DNA of 64,000 bases from Octopus vulgaris (Eukaryota), in NCBI GenBank assembly GCA_951406725.2, contig OX597836.1, forward strand, positions 21,266,001 through 21,330,000, read 5' to 3'. Below the pieces are notes generated by a model. That model ran no database searches. It worked only from the letters and a program-made list of their open reading frames with translations, and had not been told where the DNA came from. Shown piece after piece: positions 14,012 through 25,989 of the stretch; the first letter of the stretch is position 1, and the number at the start of each line of letters is the position of its first letter. Both the position numbers and the translations under genes were made by a program.

Positions 14012-14309
14012 GAAAAAATTATATATATATAAGACAAGGTATAATGGTCATTATATGCTTCCTTTATTGTAATAAAGAAAAATATGTAATGACCATTATT
14101 TATACTTTATATCTTGCATGTCACTGTATAAAAACCCATATAACGGGAGCACAACCATGGATTTACAATATAGAATGCTGATGAACTTATAACCTTGGAC
14201 CCTGCCATAAGAATATTTGGAGTTCTTTACTAAACTAAGCAATAGTTAGCCTGGTGTACTAACAGAGAGCTCATAAAGTATTTCATCCAGATTGATAATC
14301 CCTCACTAA

Positions 14310-15270
14310 CATCATCATCATCATCATCATTCAATGACCATTGTCCATGCTGGCATAGGTTGGATGGTTCAACCAAGGCTGGTAAGCTGAGGGGCTGCAT
14401 CAGACACCAGCCTGATTTGGCATGGTTTCTATGGCTGGATTCCCTTCCTAATGCCAACTGCTCCAAGAGTGCAATGGGTGCTTTTACGTTCCACTGGCAC
14501 AAGTACCAGTATCCGCTATGATTACTATTTCACTTGGCTTGATGGGTCTTCAACTCAAGCATGGCATATTGCCAAATGTTTTGGCCTTCATGAGGCCCAA
14601 TACTTGACAGGTGCTTTTTATGTGCCACCAGCATTGGCCACATTGCCTCCTTGAGGCCCAATGTTCAAAAGGTGCTTTTTACATGTTACTGGCACAAGTG
14701 CCAGTTATGTGACACCAGCCTCAACCATAACTATGATTTCACTTGGCTTGACGGGTCTTCTCAAGCACGGCATATCACCAAAGGTCTTAGTCACGTGTCA
14801 TTGCCTCCATGAGGCCTAGTTCTTGAAGATCATGCTTCACCACCTCGTCCCATGTCTTCCTGGGTCTACCTCTTCCACAGGTTCCCTCCACAGTTAGAGA
14901 TCAGCACTTCTTTACACTGCTGTCTTCATCCATAGGCATCACATGACCATACCAGCACAGTTGTCTCTCTTGCACACCACATCTGATGCCTCTTATTCTC
15001 TTGACACTTACACTCTATCATACATGCACAATGGCATTGCACATCCAGTGAAGCATACTAGTTCCATTTCTTACAAGCCTACACATGTCTTCGGTGGTCA
15101 CAGCCCATGTTTCACTATCGTGTAGCATGGCTATTCACACACAGGCAACATACAGTCTATCTTTCAATCTGAGGGAGAGGTCTTTGTTACCAGCAGAGGT
15201 AGGAGCTCTCTGAACTTTGTCCAGCCTATTTTCATTCTTGCAGCTATGCTCTCGGAGCATCTACCTCTGA
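14310..15270 (-). mobile_element. RTE-clade LINE remnant, same family as 10700-11457
   Basis: Reverse complement of the same ORF end/3'UTR and (GAT)n tail; interrupted frames. Confidence 0.75.
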
Positions 15271-15351
15271 GAGTGTGTATAATTTATATTCAGTTGTGTT
15301 TAAAACTGACAAAGGATGTATTTTTTTTACTTTTATACCAATCTATTACAG

Positions 15352-15518
15352 ATGTGCCTTTCAAACATACATACCAAGAACTGAATAACGTTTTGGACAT
15401 GGAGAAATGTCTGGACATCATAGAGCAGCTATTGTCTGACCAACATTCACAAATGGAGAATAAAATTGACCTCAATAAACTCTACGACCATTCTACAGAA
15501 GTCACCTGTCTTTCAAAG
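15352..15518 (+). CDS. MYSM1: MYSM1 penultimate exon
   Basis: ttacag acceptor; (H)VPFKHTYQEL...VTCLSK; AAG|gttagt donor; phases match both neighbours. Confidence 0.88.
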
Positions 15519-15700
15519 GTTAGTCTTTTCCTCTCATTATTTTCCAGCTTCATCATATTCTCACAATTCCTATCAATTCCTTTTCTCAATGGTTTCTTCT
15601 TTTTCAGCTCCTCCTCTTCCTCCTCCTCCTCCTCCTCCTCCTCCTCCTCCTCATCCTCCTCCTCCTCATCCTCCTTGCTATTGTCTTCCTTCTCTTAGAC

Positions 15701-15940
15701 CAGTGGTTCTCAACCATTTTTTATCTATGGACCCTTTGATTCTTATTTTACGTGAGCGGACCCTCATAACCATTCCATGTTTAAAAATCCTATTACATTT
15801 TTATTAGGAATTGTATGAAAAATTCTTAAAATATTTCCTGCATTGTAGACGTATAAGCAAATTATTGAGCATAAACTTGAAGCACAAAATTTCATATGGA
15901 CCCCACCCAGGGCCATATCAACCTCATTTAAGAACCACTG
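15701..15940. mobile_element. hAT-type MITE
   Basis: TIRs cagtggttctcaa / ttaagaaccactg; perfect 8-bp TSD tcttagac. Confidence 0.9.
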
Positions 15941-16715
15941 TCTTAGACTCTCTCTCTCCCCTCCCTCTTTTTCCTCTCACATCTCTCCATCCATAATTAC
16001 TTTACTCTTCATTAGTCCAGTAGTTTACATCTCATCTAATTACAAAGCTCCATCCCTTGCAAAATGAATTCCTTTACTTTGGTGGTAACTGTTTAACAAT
16101 AAATGATTTTATTCTTTTATTGTTCTTTAATTATTGTTGGTTAACCCAGATCAGCTGCAATCAATAAAATTTATGATCCAAGGTGTTCCTATGAGGGCCT
16201 ATAGGAAAGGTGTTTAGCCAGTATGTTGGCCTGGAGGAGGCCAAAGAGCCAAGGAAAGGACCCATGAATATCTGGTGGGCCTCTCTTCCTAAGAAAAAGC
16301 TCCTCGCAGCCTCCTTGAATTTTGAGGGGAGCTTCTCTCTCCTAGGTCTTGAATATATATATATATATATATCATAAAACCCACACATGGTTAAATCAAT
16401 TGAATTCATAATTTAATTAAAATTTAACAGAAAATCATTGTTGGAATATACTGATCTCAAATTTTTAATTTTTAAATGAGCATCATAGTTACTACATTCA
16501 CTGAATGAAGCAGAGTCATTGCTATGTCATTGCAACATGGCAGGATCTATGTAAACTTACATTTTTTAGCCACTCACTTCCGATGATGGGGCTTTGTGCC
16601 TGACATATATGATGGTTACTTTACTTTCCTATTTTGCATTGTTAAAAGCTTTCCATGTTCATTGCTTCTTATTTGAAATTTTAACTTTTATTTTTATTTT
16701 AATTCTCTTCTGTAG

Positions 16716-16862
16716 ATGGTTATGTCTATTGGAAGCTACATCTCAAAAGACCATCCACAGAGGCAGCAGTTTCTAGAAGCAGTTGAGAAATGCTTTGAGA
16801 AGTCACCACAACTTCAGGAAGACTCTCTTCAATTTAATGCTGATTTAAGCAAGGAAAAATGA
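16716..16862 (+). CDS. MYSM1: MYSM1 last coding exon
   Basis: Long polypyrimidine tract + tgtag; MVMSIGSYISKDHPQRQQFLEAVEKCF...SKEK-TGA. Confidence 0.82.
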   Translation: MVMSIGSYISKDHPQRQQFLEAVEKCFEKSPQLQEDSLQFNADLSKEK

Positions 16863-17026
16863 CAGAATAGAATCTAGTTGTGACAGAATAGAATCTAGCC
16901 ACTAACAATGGCATTCAAACTTATTGCATGTTTTGGAGAAAGAAATTCCATTTAGTTGTTTATTAATGGTTCAATTCAAACAAAGTGCACTAATTATTGA
17001 TTGATAAAATCAATACCAATTTGTAT

Positions 17027-17480
17027 AAGGTACCTTTGTGTTATTGACAGCATCTGTGTACTGGATAGTACTTGTGTGCTGAAAGATATTTTGTGCCGGA
17101 AGATACTTGTGTCCTGGCCGGTACCTGTGTGCAGGAAGGTACCTTTGTGTTGAAAGGGATCTGTGTGTTGGAAGGTACCTGTGTGCTGGAAGATATTTTG
17201 TACTGGACGATACCTGTGTGCTGGAAGGTACTTGTGTGTTAGATAGTACCTGTATGCTGGGAAGTACCTTTGTATTGGATGGTATCTGTGTGCTGGAAGG
17301 TACCTTTGTGCTGGAAGGTACCTGTGTGCTGGAAGGTACTTGTGTGCTGGAAGGTCCCTGTGTTCGAAGGGATCTGTGTGTTGGATGGTGACTGTGTACT
17401 GGAAGGTACCTGGATGCTGGAAATACCTTTGAGATGAAAGGTACCTTAGTGGTGGAAGATACCATTGTGCTGGGAGGTAG
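17027..17480. repeat. 18-bp minisatellite (ctggaaggtacctgtgtg)n, about 25 degenerate copies, just 3' of the MYSM1 stop
   Basis: Visible 18-nt periodicity; translates to PSSTQV / VLEGTC / GRYLCA repeats. Confidence 0.9.
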
Positions 17481-18289
17481 CTATGACTTTCACTGGGCCC
17501 CTCTGTTCAAGTCAGGTCATGGTATACAGCTTAGGTTTTAATTTTCATCAATTAAGAGACTATATGATATCCTGGGCGTTATTGTTAGGCTAGCAGCCAT
17601 TTTGCTTTGCTGTAAGGACTACTACATTAGTTCAACTGTATTCAAGGACATTGGTGGTTGGGGGTTTATCCAAAAGATAAAAAAAGGAGGAGAGTGATTA
17701 AAATTAAAGTCAATCCCTGTGAGATTTCCAGCCAGAAACTTGAGTTTTGAGATCTGTGAAGATTTCCAGTCAGAAACTGGAGTTTCGAGATCTGTAAAGC
17801 AGTTTAGACTCAATGATAAAGAGTTTATAGAATACTTAGAAAAATGATTTAAGTCTCTCATTTCAAGGCAGCAAATCTATCTGTCTATTTATCAATCTGT
17901 CTGTCTATTTATCTGTTTATCTTTCTGTCCATTTGTCTGTCTGTCTGTTTGTCTATCTAACTTTCTGGATTATCATATAGCATATTGTTATGGCCACAAT
18001 GACCAAAAAGGAATCTATAAAAAATCTCCAGTCCCACTGCGTGGCACTTTGGGTAGGTGTCTTCCACTATAGCCCTGAGCCGACCGGAGCTTTGTGATTG
18101 AATTCGGTAGGTGGAAGTTACTGCCGTGTGTGTATATGTGCGTGTAGGTGCTTGTGCCTCTCCGAAAGAGAGAGAGGGAAAACCAGTTCCTTTATACATT
18201 GTATACAGTGGCAAGCATACTATCTCAACTGAGAAGAAGAAAGGATAAACAACATTACAATTGATGAGGAAATGCAGCATCTAGTCAGA

Positions 18290-19330
18290 AATACTCACTG
18301 TCAAATCTGGAACTGGTTAGATTCAAGGATGATCTTTGGAGTATAGATAAGGACATCAAATTCTGCAAATTCCCTCTGAGGAGGAACCAACACCTTGGGA
18401 AACTACACACACTAGTGAAGGAACTCAAGAACAAAAAATTATTCAAGTTCTTCAAAGGCAGGGGGCTATCTGTCTCTATAGAGGACAAACATACCATAGT
18501 CAACTTCTTCAATGTTGCACTAGATCTGAGCAATTGAATGTTAACTAATAACCCATTTTCTATAGCGATGTTTGAACAAAATTTTAATAATTTTATATTT
18601 TGTTGAATTTACCTGTATCTACCTGCAATTAGAGTCACTTTGTGACGCTTATTCAAACCATACCACAAGCCTAATGACAACCTTAAATACACAAACTTCA
18701 GTGGTAATCACCTCAAGTGAATAACTCAATCCATGGTCAAAAATATTTCCAACCACTTATCTAGACTGTCGGCTAATGAAGAGATATTTAAATTAAACGA
18801 GAAATACTATAACAACATGATAGAGGAAAAAGATAGAGATACAAAGATAAATCCTCATCACAACAAACCTAGTATATGTTCTTTTTTTCTTTCTCCTATC
18901 TCGCATAATAAATACCACAGCTACGGAAATTTTGCTATTACTAATAACTTGACATGGAAATGCACCACCCTAAAATATATTTTATAAGAACTAATTACTT
19001 GCAACTAAGCATATTAAGAACCATCTCCTACATTATAAAAAATAAACCTGCTAATATGATAAAATACAATTTGACCTAATTAGATAGTATTCCAACTTCA
19101 ACCAGAAAACTGGTGTGAAGCCGAGGTGAACACTAGAATCTACAACCATATCAGATTTCAGATTCAAAATAGCCTCTCCCCGCCACTTTCCCCTGAATCC
19201 TAACCACTAAAAAATAAGCGAATTCAGTCATCTTTGAGCCAATCTGGTTGAAAGACACTGAACAAAGCTGCACAAATAATTATGCCTGGTTGCATATACA
19301 ACCAGCAGAAACATGTAGGTCATCATAACA
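18290..19330 (+). mobile_element. Degenerate Penelope-like retroelement (RT thumb region)
   Basis: Broken frames KFFKGRGLSVSIE...VNFFNVALDL; KPYHKPNDNLKY...NH; VKNISNHLSRLSANEEIF, typical of Penelope RT C-termini. Confidence 0.65.
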
Positions 19331-19424
19331 ATAAAAATATGCAGTATTACAAACTGTTAAGTAAAAGAAACATTTTGAGGATGTACCAGTCTTCATGGAA
19401 AGTGGACGTTAAACGATGATGATG

Positions 19425-19461
<37 letters not shown>

Positions 19462-19510
19462 GCCATGATAGATTGGTAGCCACCACACACATTTTTTTCT
19501 CTCCTTGTTT

Positions 19511-19546
19511 CTTTCTGTGGAAGAGCATAGGCTCGAAACATAAAAG
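19511..19546 (+). ncRNA. Minimal hammerhead-like motif with variant core (CUGUGGA)
   Basis: cuuu-CUGUGGA-a-gagc-auag-gcuc-GAAAC-AUA-aaag inside a ~180-bp element flanked by (TA)n on both sides. Confidence 0.4.
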
Positions 19547-19636
19547 ACTTTTTCAATTCCTGAGCATTATACTAATACATTTGTTTGTTTTCTACACCAC
19601 CTGTCTTCGTCTTTTGTTTTTTTCATGAATTCTCCC

Positions 19637-19686
<50 letters not shown>

Positions 19687-20512
19687 GTCTGTCTGTCTAT
19701 TTATATGTTAATCTGTCTATCTATCTGCCTACTTGTCTGTCTATCACTTTCTCTTTAATCTCTCATACACACACATACAGAAGAAAAATAAATATTTGAA
19801 TATTGCCCAACCCTTACTAGCATGGAAAAACACATGAGACAAAAGTGTGAGTGCATGCTTGTATGAATATTTATACCATAATGGGCTATGAAATCCTGGG
19901 GAAAAATATCATTCATGTATGATGTGCACTGATGTTTCCTTTAGTATTATGATGCAGTTGAAAAATAAGTTTTTAGTCAGATTTATTATAATTGCTCTCT
20001 AAATGACGTTGAAGGAATTAATGCATTCTAAGCAAAACAAAAAGCAAATTTGAAAGTGACCTTTTGAATTTTACCGGTGTAGGCTGTAAAAGTGTACCTT
20101 CTGTAAAGTAAACACAGTGAAAAAAAAAAAACAACATATCTCTTCGTTTTTCAATTATTTTTTGTTTAATCAGAATTTTAATAAATTGAAATATGACCTT
20201 TTAAATTTTCAGAAAGTGTAAAAACACTTGAAACCACTCCATCAAGTGATCACATTTGATGGCATAAAAAAAAAAAAATGGGCACATTAAGGCAAAGAAA
20301 GAAAGTAGTTATTAATAAGAAGGGGTTAAAATTAATGCCTGCAAGATTTCAAAGTTCTAGCATCACTCCTTCATAGTCAACCAATGAACTTTTTCAGCCC
20401 ACCCACATATATGTGTATTTATATACACATATAAATATATACATACATGTATGCATATATATATACACACACACATATGTACATATATAATACATACATA
20501 TACATATATATA

Positions 20513-20810
20513 CTAGCAGTATCGCCCGGCGTTGCTCGGGTTTGTAAGGGAAATAACGATATAAGCATTTTTAGAGAGTTACTTCCCTTATATAAACCGA
20601 GCTAAAAATGCATAAAAATGATGGTAAATTTTTTTTTAAATCGTAGACTCATTGTAGACGTGTGCTAATACCCAGAAGGGCTTGATATGAATCACGACTA
20701 TAAGATACCCGCTTTTGGTTAAACTGCACCGCAAAATGTGGGAGCAGTTAGGAATCTAAATCGAAGTAGACAGACACTCACACACACAACTTCAGTTTTA
20801 TATATAAAGA
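20513..20810 (-). mobile_element. Non-autonomous Helitron
   Basis: Minus strand 5'-TCtttatatataaaa...; GC-rich hairpin cccgagcaacgccggg shortly before the 3'-CTAG; inserted between A and T with no TSD. Confidence 0.88.
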
Positions 20811-21251
20811 TTTGTGTGTGTGTGTGTGTCCTTATCTTGACATCATGGTTTATAAGCAATAATTATAAACAAGCATCACCATCATACATGCCAAGTGATG
20901 TTGTTCCCTGAAAACGTATCATGTCATGCTTTGAAACAGGTGAGTGTTAGCCACAAGAATAACATCCAACCATAGAAAAACCTGTTTCAATGAATTCCGC
21001 CTGATCTATGCAAGCATAGAACGTTAAAGACGATGATGATGATGATGTTGATGGTAACAGGAAGATCTTCCTACCATAAATCTGTCTCGACAAATTTCAT
21101 TTGACCCATACAAGCATGGAAAAATAGATGTGCAAGCACTGATAACAATACTGATGATGATGCTGGTAGTGGTGTATTGGTAATGATGATGTTCATGATG
21201 GTGATGCTGATGGGTGTTTAAATTACTAAGATGACTGATGGGATTTAATCA

Positions 21252-21562
21252 TTACATTGTTTCCTGTAATCCCATTCTTTCAATCCTTTTCCACCAGTCA
21301 CTCTGTGGGGGCACGTTGTTGACCAGACTCAAATATTCATCACGTGTTTTATTAAAATGCCATTCTTCCAAGCAGGCATATGGTAAGTTTCTATAGAATT
21401 TGTTGGCAAACAGATGTTTTTCTAAAGTAATTCGTTTGAGGTCTTGAAGTCCAAAAGCACATACACTGCGTCTAAAAGATCCGTAACATATACTTTCGTT
21501 TTTATTTTTTGTATCCTGCCAAACAACATATTTTGCCAGTTTGTAAATCTGAGAATATGAAC
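21252..21562 (-). CDS. GCNT-like last exon, distal copy (3B)
   Basis: tttattccag acceptor, phase 1; SYSQIYKLAKYVVWQDTKNKNESICYGSFRRSVCAFGLQDLKRITLEKHLFANKFYRNLPYACLEEWHFNKT...LQETM-TAA. Confidence 0.88.
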
Positions 21563-22028
21563 CTGGAATAAATTGAAAGATATAATCATATCAGAAGAAA
21601 TAAGATACATCAATGCATGGAATAACACTACTCTCTTTTACTTGTTTCAGTCATTTGACTGCAGCCATGCTGGAGCACCACCTTTAATCGAGCAACTCGA
21701 CCCCGGGACTTATTCTTTTGTAAGCCCAGTACTTATTCTATCGGTTTCTTTTGCCGAACCGCTAAGTAACGGGGACATAAACACACCAGCATCGGTTGTC
21801 AAGCAATGCTACGGAGACAAACACAGACGCACAAACACACACACACATATATATATACATATATACGACGGGCTTCTTTCAGTTTCCGTCTACCAAATCC
21901 ACTCACAAGGCTTTGGTCGGCCCGAGACTATAGTAGAAGACACTTGCCCAAGGTGCCACGCAGTGGGACTGAACCCGGAACCATGTGGTTGGTAAACAAG
22001 CTACTTACCACACAGCCACTCCTGCGCC

Positions 22029-22504
22029 TGTGTAACATGATTTTTGTCCTTGGGTAGCCACTGTTATTTTCTATTTGCTTAACCCTAGAAAGTATGAAAA
22101 ATGGCTGATATTTCCCTTCAAATTTTGTTTTTGTTACATTTATTCAAACCCCAAAGAATCTTTCTCAATACATGGCTAAGATGCTCCCCCATTACTCCTG
22201 CTCGTGATCAGAGGTGCACATATTGTCAGCCACATGCTCAAGTGATTAAGGTCAAGTAAATGACAAGAAAATCTGTAGTATTGAGCAGAATATTTGCTAT
22301 AACAATATTTCTGCTTCAGCAACTCAGCACTGAATGCATCCGAAATGTAATGGAAAATAAGTCGGTTTCAAAACATTAATGTCCAGGTCACAAAAGCAAA
22401 ATTTGAAGGGAATGGCAGTCATTTCCTTTGATTTCTAGATAGAAGTAAATAGAAAATAACACTTACTTACCAAAGACAAGAAAACTTAATATTTTGTTAG
22501 ACAG
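22029..22504. mobile_element. Non-autonomous TIR DNA element (~480 bp)
   Basis: Imperfect terminal inverted repeats ctgtgtaaca...; homologous copies at ~61495-61986 and, inverted, ~50190-50597. Confidence 0.65.
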
Positions 22505-23033
22505 TGTAATAGATGGCAAGCTGGCAGAATGGTTAGCACATTGAATGAAATGCTTGGTGGCACTTTCTCTGGCTCTCTATCTTCTGAATTCAAATCCCAC
22601 CAAGATCAAATTTGCCTTTCATAATTTCGGGGTCAATAAAATGAAGTACCAGTCCAATACTGGGGCTGATATATATTTCTTTACTACCCACAAGGGGCTA
22701 AACACAGAGGAGACAAATGGATTAAGTCAATTACATCGACCCCAGTGCGTAACTGGTACTTAATTTATCGACCCCAGAAGGATGAAAGGCAAAGTTGACC
22801 TCGGCGGAATTTGAACTCGGAATGTAACGGCAGACGAAATACGGCAACACATTTCGCCCGGCATGCTAATGTTTCTGCCAGCTTGCCACTGGGGCTGATA
22901 TAATTGATTTGTCACCTCCCTTTAGAATTACATGCCTTGAAACTTGTAACTGATCAGCATCCCATTTAGGGGAAATATCATGATACCAGTCACTTAATGT
23001 GCCATGAAACCTAGGTTGTTACCTTATGGGTCC

Positions 23034-24297
23034 CATAAGGATGGGCTGAAAAGTTCATAGGCTGACTATGAAGGAGTGATACTAGAACTGTGAAATCTTG
23101 CATTCATTAATTTTAACCCCTTTCTTATTAATAACTGCATTGTTTCTTTCCAGGTAAACTGACATCTCACTGTTCAAAGAAGGCTTCAAAAGTAACTAGT
23201 TGTGATTTCTCTTGAAAATGGGGAAAATTTGGCACCACGGTGTTATCAAGTATCTGCAGAAAAAGGGTTTAGTCCCCAAGGACATTGATGCTGACGTGGT
23301 TGCTACATTAGGAGAAGACACCCCAGCTTTATCAACAGTGCAAAAGTGAGCAGCTGAATTTAGGAGAGCAAAAGGGGGTCTTAAAGATGACCCAAGGTCT
23401 AGATGTCCTGCAATTACTACCACCAAGGAAAATATTGATCATATTCACCACACAGTGATGAATGACAGGCAATTGACTATAAATCAAAGAGCCAATGTTT
23501 GTATATCTTGTGTGAGAGTTGAGAATATTCTGCACAATGAACTTGGCATGAAAGTTTCTGCTTGGTGGATGCCACGTCTCCTGACACCCGATCAAAAGTG
23601 CACCAGGCTGATCATATTAGGGGAAAATCTGACATTGCTTGAGGTAGATCCAGCTGGTTTCCTTGAATGTTTCCTCAGCCAATGGCTTCATCACTTTGAG
23701 CCAGACACAAAGGCAATCCCTCCTTACCTGCTCCAATGAAGGCCAAGACCATTTTATCTGCAGGCAAGGTGATGGCCCCAGTTTTGGGGATGCAAAAGGC
23801 ATTGTATTTATTGAATTATTTCTAAAGGGCCACACTATCAATGAAGAGTACTATGCCAACTTTCTGAGGCAGTTATGAAAGGCTATCAAGACTAAATACC
23901 CAGGAAAACTGACTAAAGGGGTCTTGTTTCACCAGGACAATTCTTCAGCACACAAGTCCTTGGTTTCAACGGCTGCTGTGCATGTCTGTGGCTTTGAACT
24001 AGTTGATCATCCTCCCTATTCTAATTTGGCCCCATCTGACTATCATCTGTTCCCCAATATAAAAAAAAATGATTGGCTGGGAACCATTGTTGCAGTGATG
24101 ATGATGTCATGTCTGCAATTGATGACTTTTCTGACCAGCAGGAAGAAAGCTTCTTCACCAATGGGATCGAAGCCCTGCAACACCGATGAAAGAAGTGTAT
24201 GGACTGCAAGGAAGACTATGTTGAAAATAGGCCTAATTTGGTCATGTTCCATGAGAGTATCTTTGTCAGCCTATGAACTTTTCAGTTGACCCTTGTA
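23034..24297 (+). mobile_element. Full-length but inactivated mariner transposon
   Basis: ~33-bp TIRs (ctgaaaagttcataggctgac at both ends). Transposase from ATG 23218 with WMPRLL, FHQDN and HPPYS-LAPSDYHLF motifs, broken by stops and frameshifts. Confidence 0.92.
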
Positions 24298-24610
24298 GGG
24301 ATGAAAAAAGATTTTAAAAATATATGATAATTGATAGAAAATGAGAAATTGTATACAATAATTATTCTTTGGCTTTGGAAAGTCACATTGAAGCAAGGAT
24401 CTTTTTTACTAGTTTCAGTCATAAGACTGTGGCAATGGTATTGCATTGCCTTGAAGAATTTTAGTCATATAAATTAACCCCAGTACTTTTTTTAAAAGCC
24501 TAGAATTTATTCTATTGGTCTCCTTAGCCAAACCATTAAGTTACAGGAGCTTAAGCACACCAATACTACTTGTCAAGCAGTGGTGGCGAACAAACACAGG
24601 ACAGACACAG

Positions 24611-24656
<46 letters not shown>

Positions 24657-25125
24657 TTCCATCCGCCAAATTCACTCACAAGGCTTTGGTTGGTCTGAGG
24701 TTATAGTAGAAGAGATTTGTCCAAGATTCCAAACAGTACGACTGAACCTGGAACCACACAGCCATGCCTACCTTGCATGGCTGTATTGTTAACAATTTCA
24801 CATCTGATCCATGCAATTAGGGATTTGGTCCTATTGTCTGAATGTTGCCAGCTAGTGATCCATACCAAGTAGCTCCTAACCTTCTTTTAGCTCATGCCCT
24901 ACCCTGCATTGAATCTTGAATATTTCTGTGCTCCCTTCTCTCCATGGCACCGTTAACGTAAATAGTACTTCAATTTTGTGTCATATGGTTAATAGTAGAA
25001 ACTGGTCTCTTTTAAAAAGAATTTAAAATCTTTAACAAAATTTGTAAAATTTATTAAATAATAACAAAATTTTAGACAGCTGAGTGGTTGAGAAACATTG
25101 CATTGTTTCCTGTAACCCCATTTTT

Positions 25126-25391
25126 TCACCACCCCCATCCATTACCATGGGTACGCATGTCATTGGCTAGATTCACATATTCATCACATGTTTTATTAAA
25201 ATGCCATTCTTCCATGCAAGCATATGCTAAGTTTCTCTCGAATTTATTCACGAAAAGATGCTCTTTTAATATAACATGTTTAAGATCTTCAAGCCCCAAA
25301 ATGCATACACTGTGTTTATAAGATCCGGAACATGGCTTTTCACCCTTCCAGGCAACATATTTTGCTAATTTGTAAAGGTGAGAATGTGTAC
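25126..25391 (-). CDS. GCNT-like last exon, proximal copy (3A)
   Basis: tttcttccag acceptor, phase 1; THSHLYKLAKYVAWKGEKPCSGSYKHSVCILGLEDLKHVILKEHLFVNKFERNLAYACMEEWHFNKT...GWGW-TGA. Confidence 0.8.
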
Positions 25392-25538
25392 CTGGAAGAA
25401 ATTAAAGAGATACACAGATCAGGAGAAATAAGATAAATCAATACATGAAACAGTTCTATATTTAAGAGATGAGGAATTATGTACATTATTTACATTAGTT
25501 ACATTCAACGGATATTTGTCCGCATCTTGTTTGTTGTT

Positions 25539-25584
25539 AACACAATGTTTCAGCTGATATACCCTCCAGCCTTCTTCAGGTGTC
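25539..25584 (-). ncRNA. Minimal type I hammerhead-like motif
   Basis: gacac-CUGAAGA-a-ggcug...cagcu-GAAAC-AUU-guguu. Stems I and II pair; stem III is mismatched in this copy. Confidence 0.55.
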
Positions 25585-25643
25585 TTGGGGAAATTTCGAA
25601 CCTGGGTTCTCATTCCTAAGGCATTTTTCGCTGTTGTTATTGT

Positions 25644-25693
<50 letters not shown>

Positions 25694-25724
25694 GGTGTTT
25701 GTGTGTGTGTTTGTTTGTTTGTGC

Positions 25725-25755
<31 letters not shown>

Positions 25756-25989
25756 CTGCTCTTCAAAACTATAAAGCCAAAACACTGTTTTTTCTGGTGA
25801 ACTATACTCCCCAAATTCATGAAACTCACCTCAAGATAGGAAATGGAATAGAAGAAGGCATTTGAAATCCCAAAATAAATTAGATAATAAAACACAGAAA
25901 CAGAAACCCCTTGTTCAAAACTGTATTGCCAGGTTGAATAATGTTGCAAAAATGATGCAAAACAAGGAAATTATGATATATTTCAATGA

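Noticed and set aside
25419-25949. 176-aa minus-strand ORF and the gag|gtgagt donor at ~25829 as an extra GCNT exon
   Set aside because: Runs through microsatellites and a repeat, has no GT14 similarity, and the gene model is complete without it.
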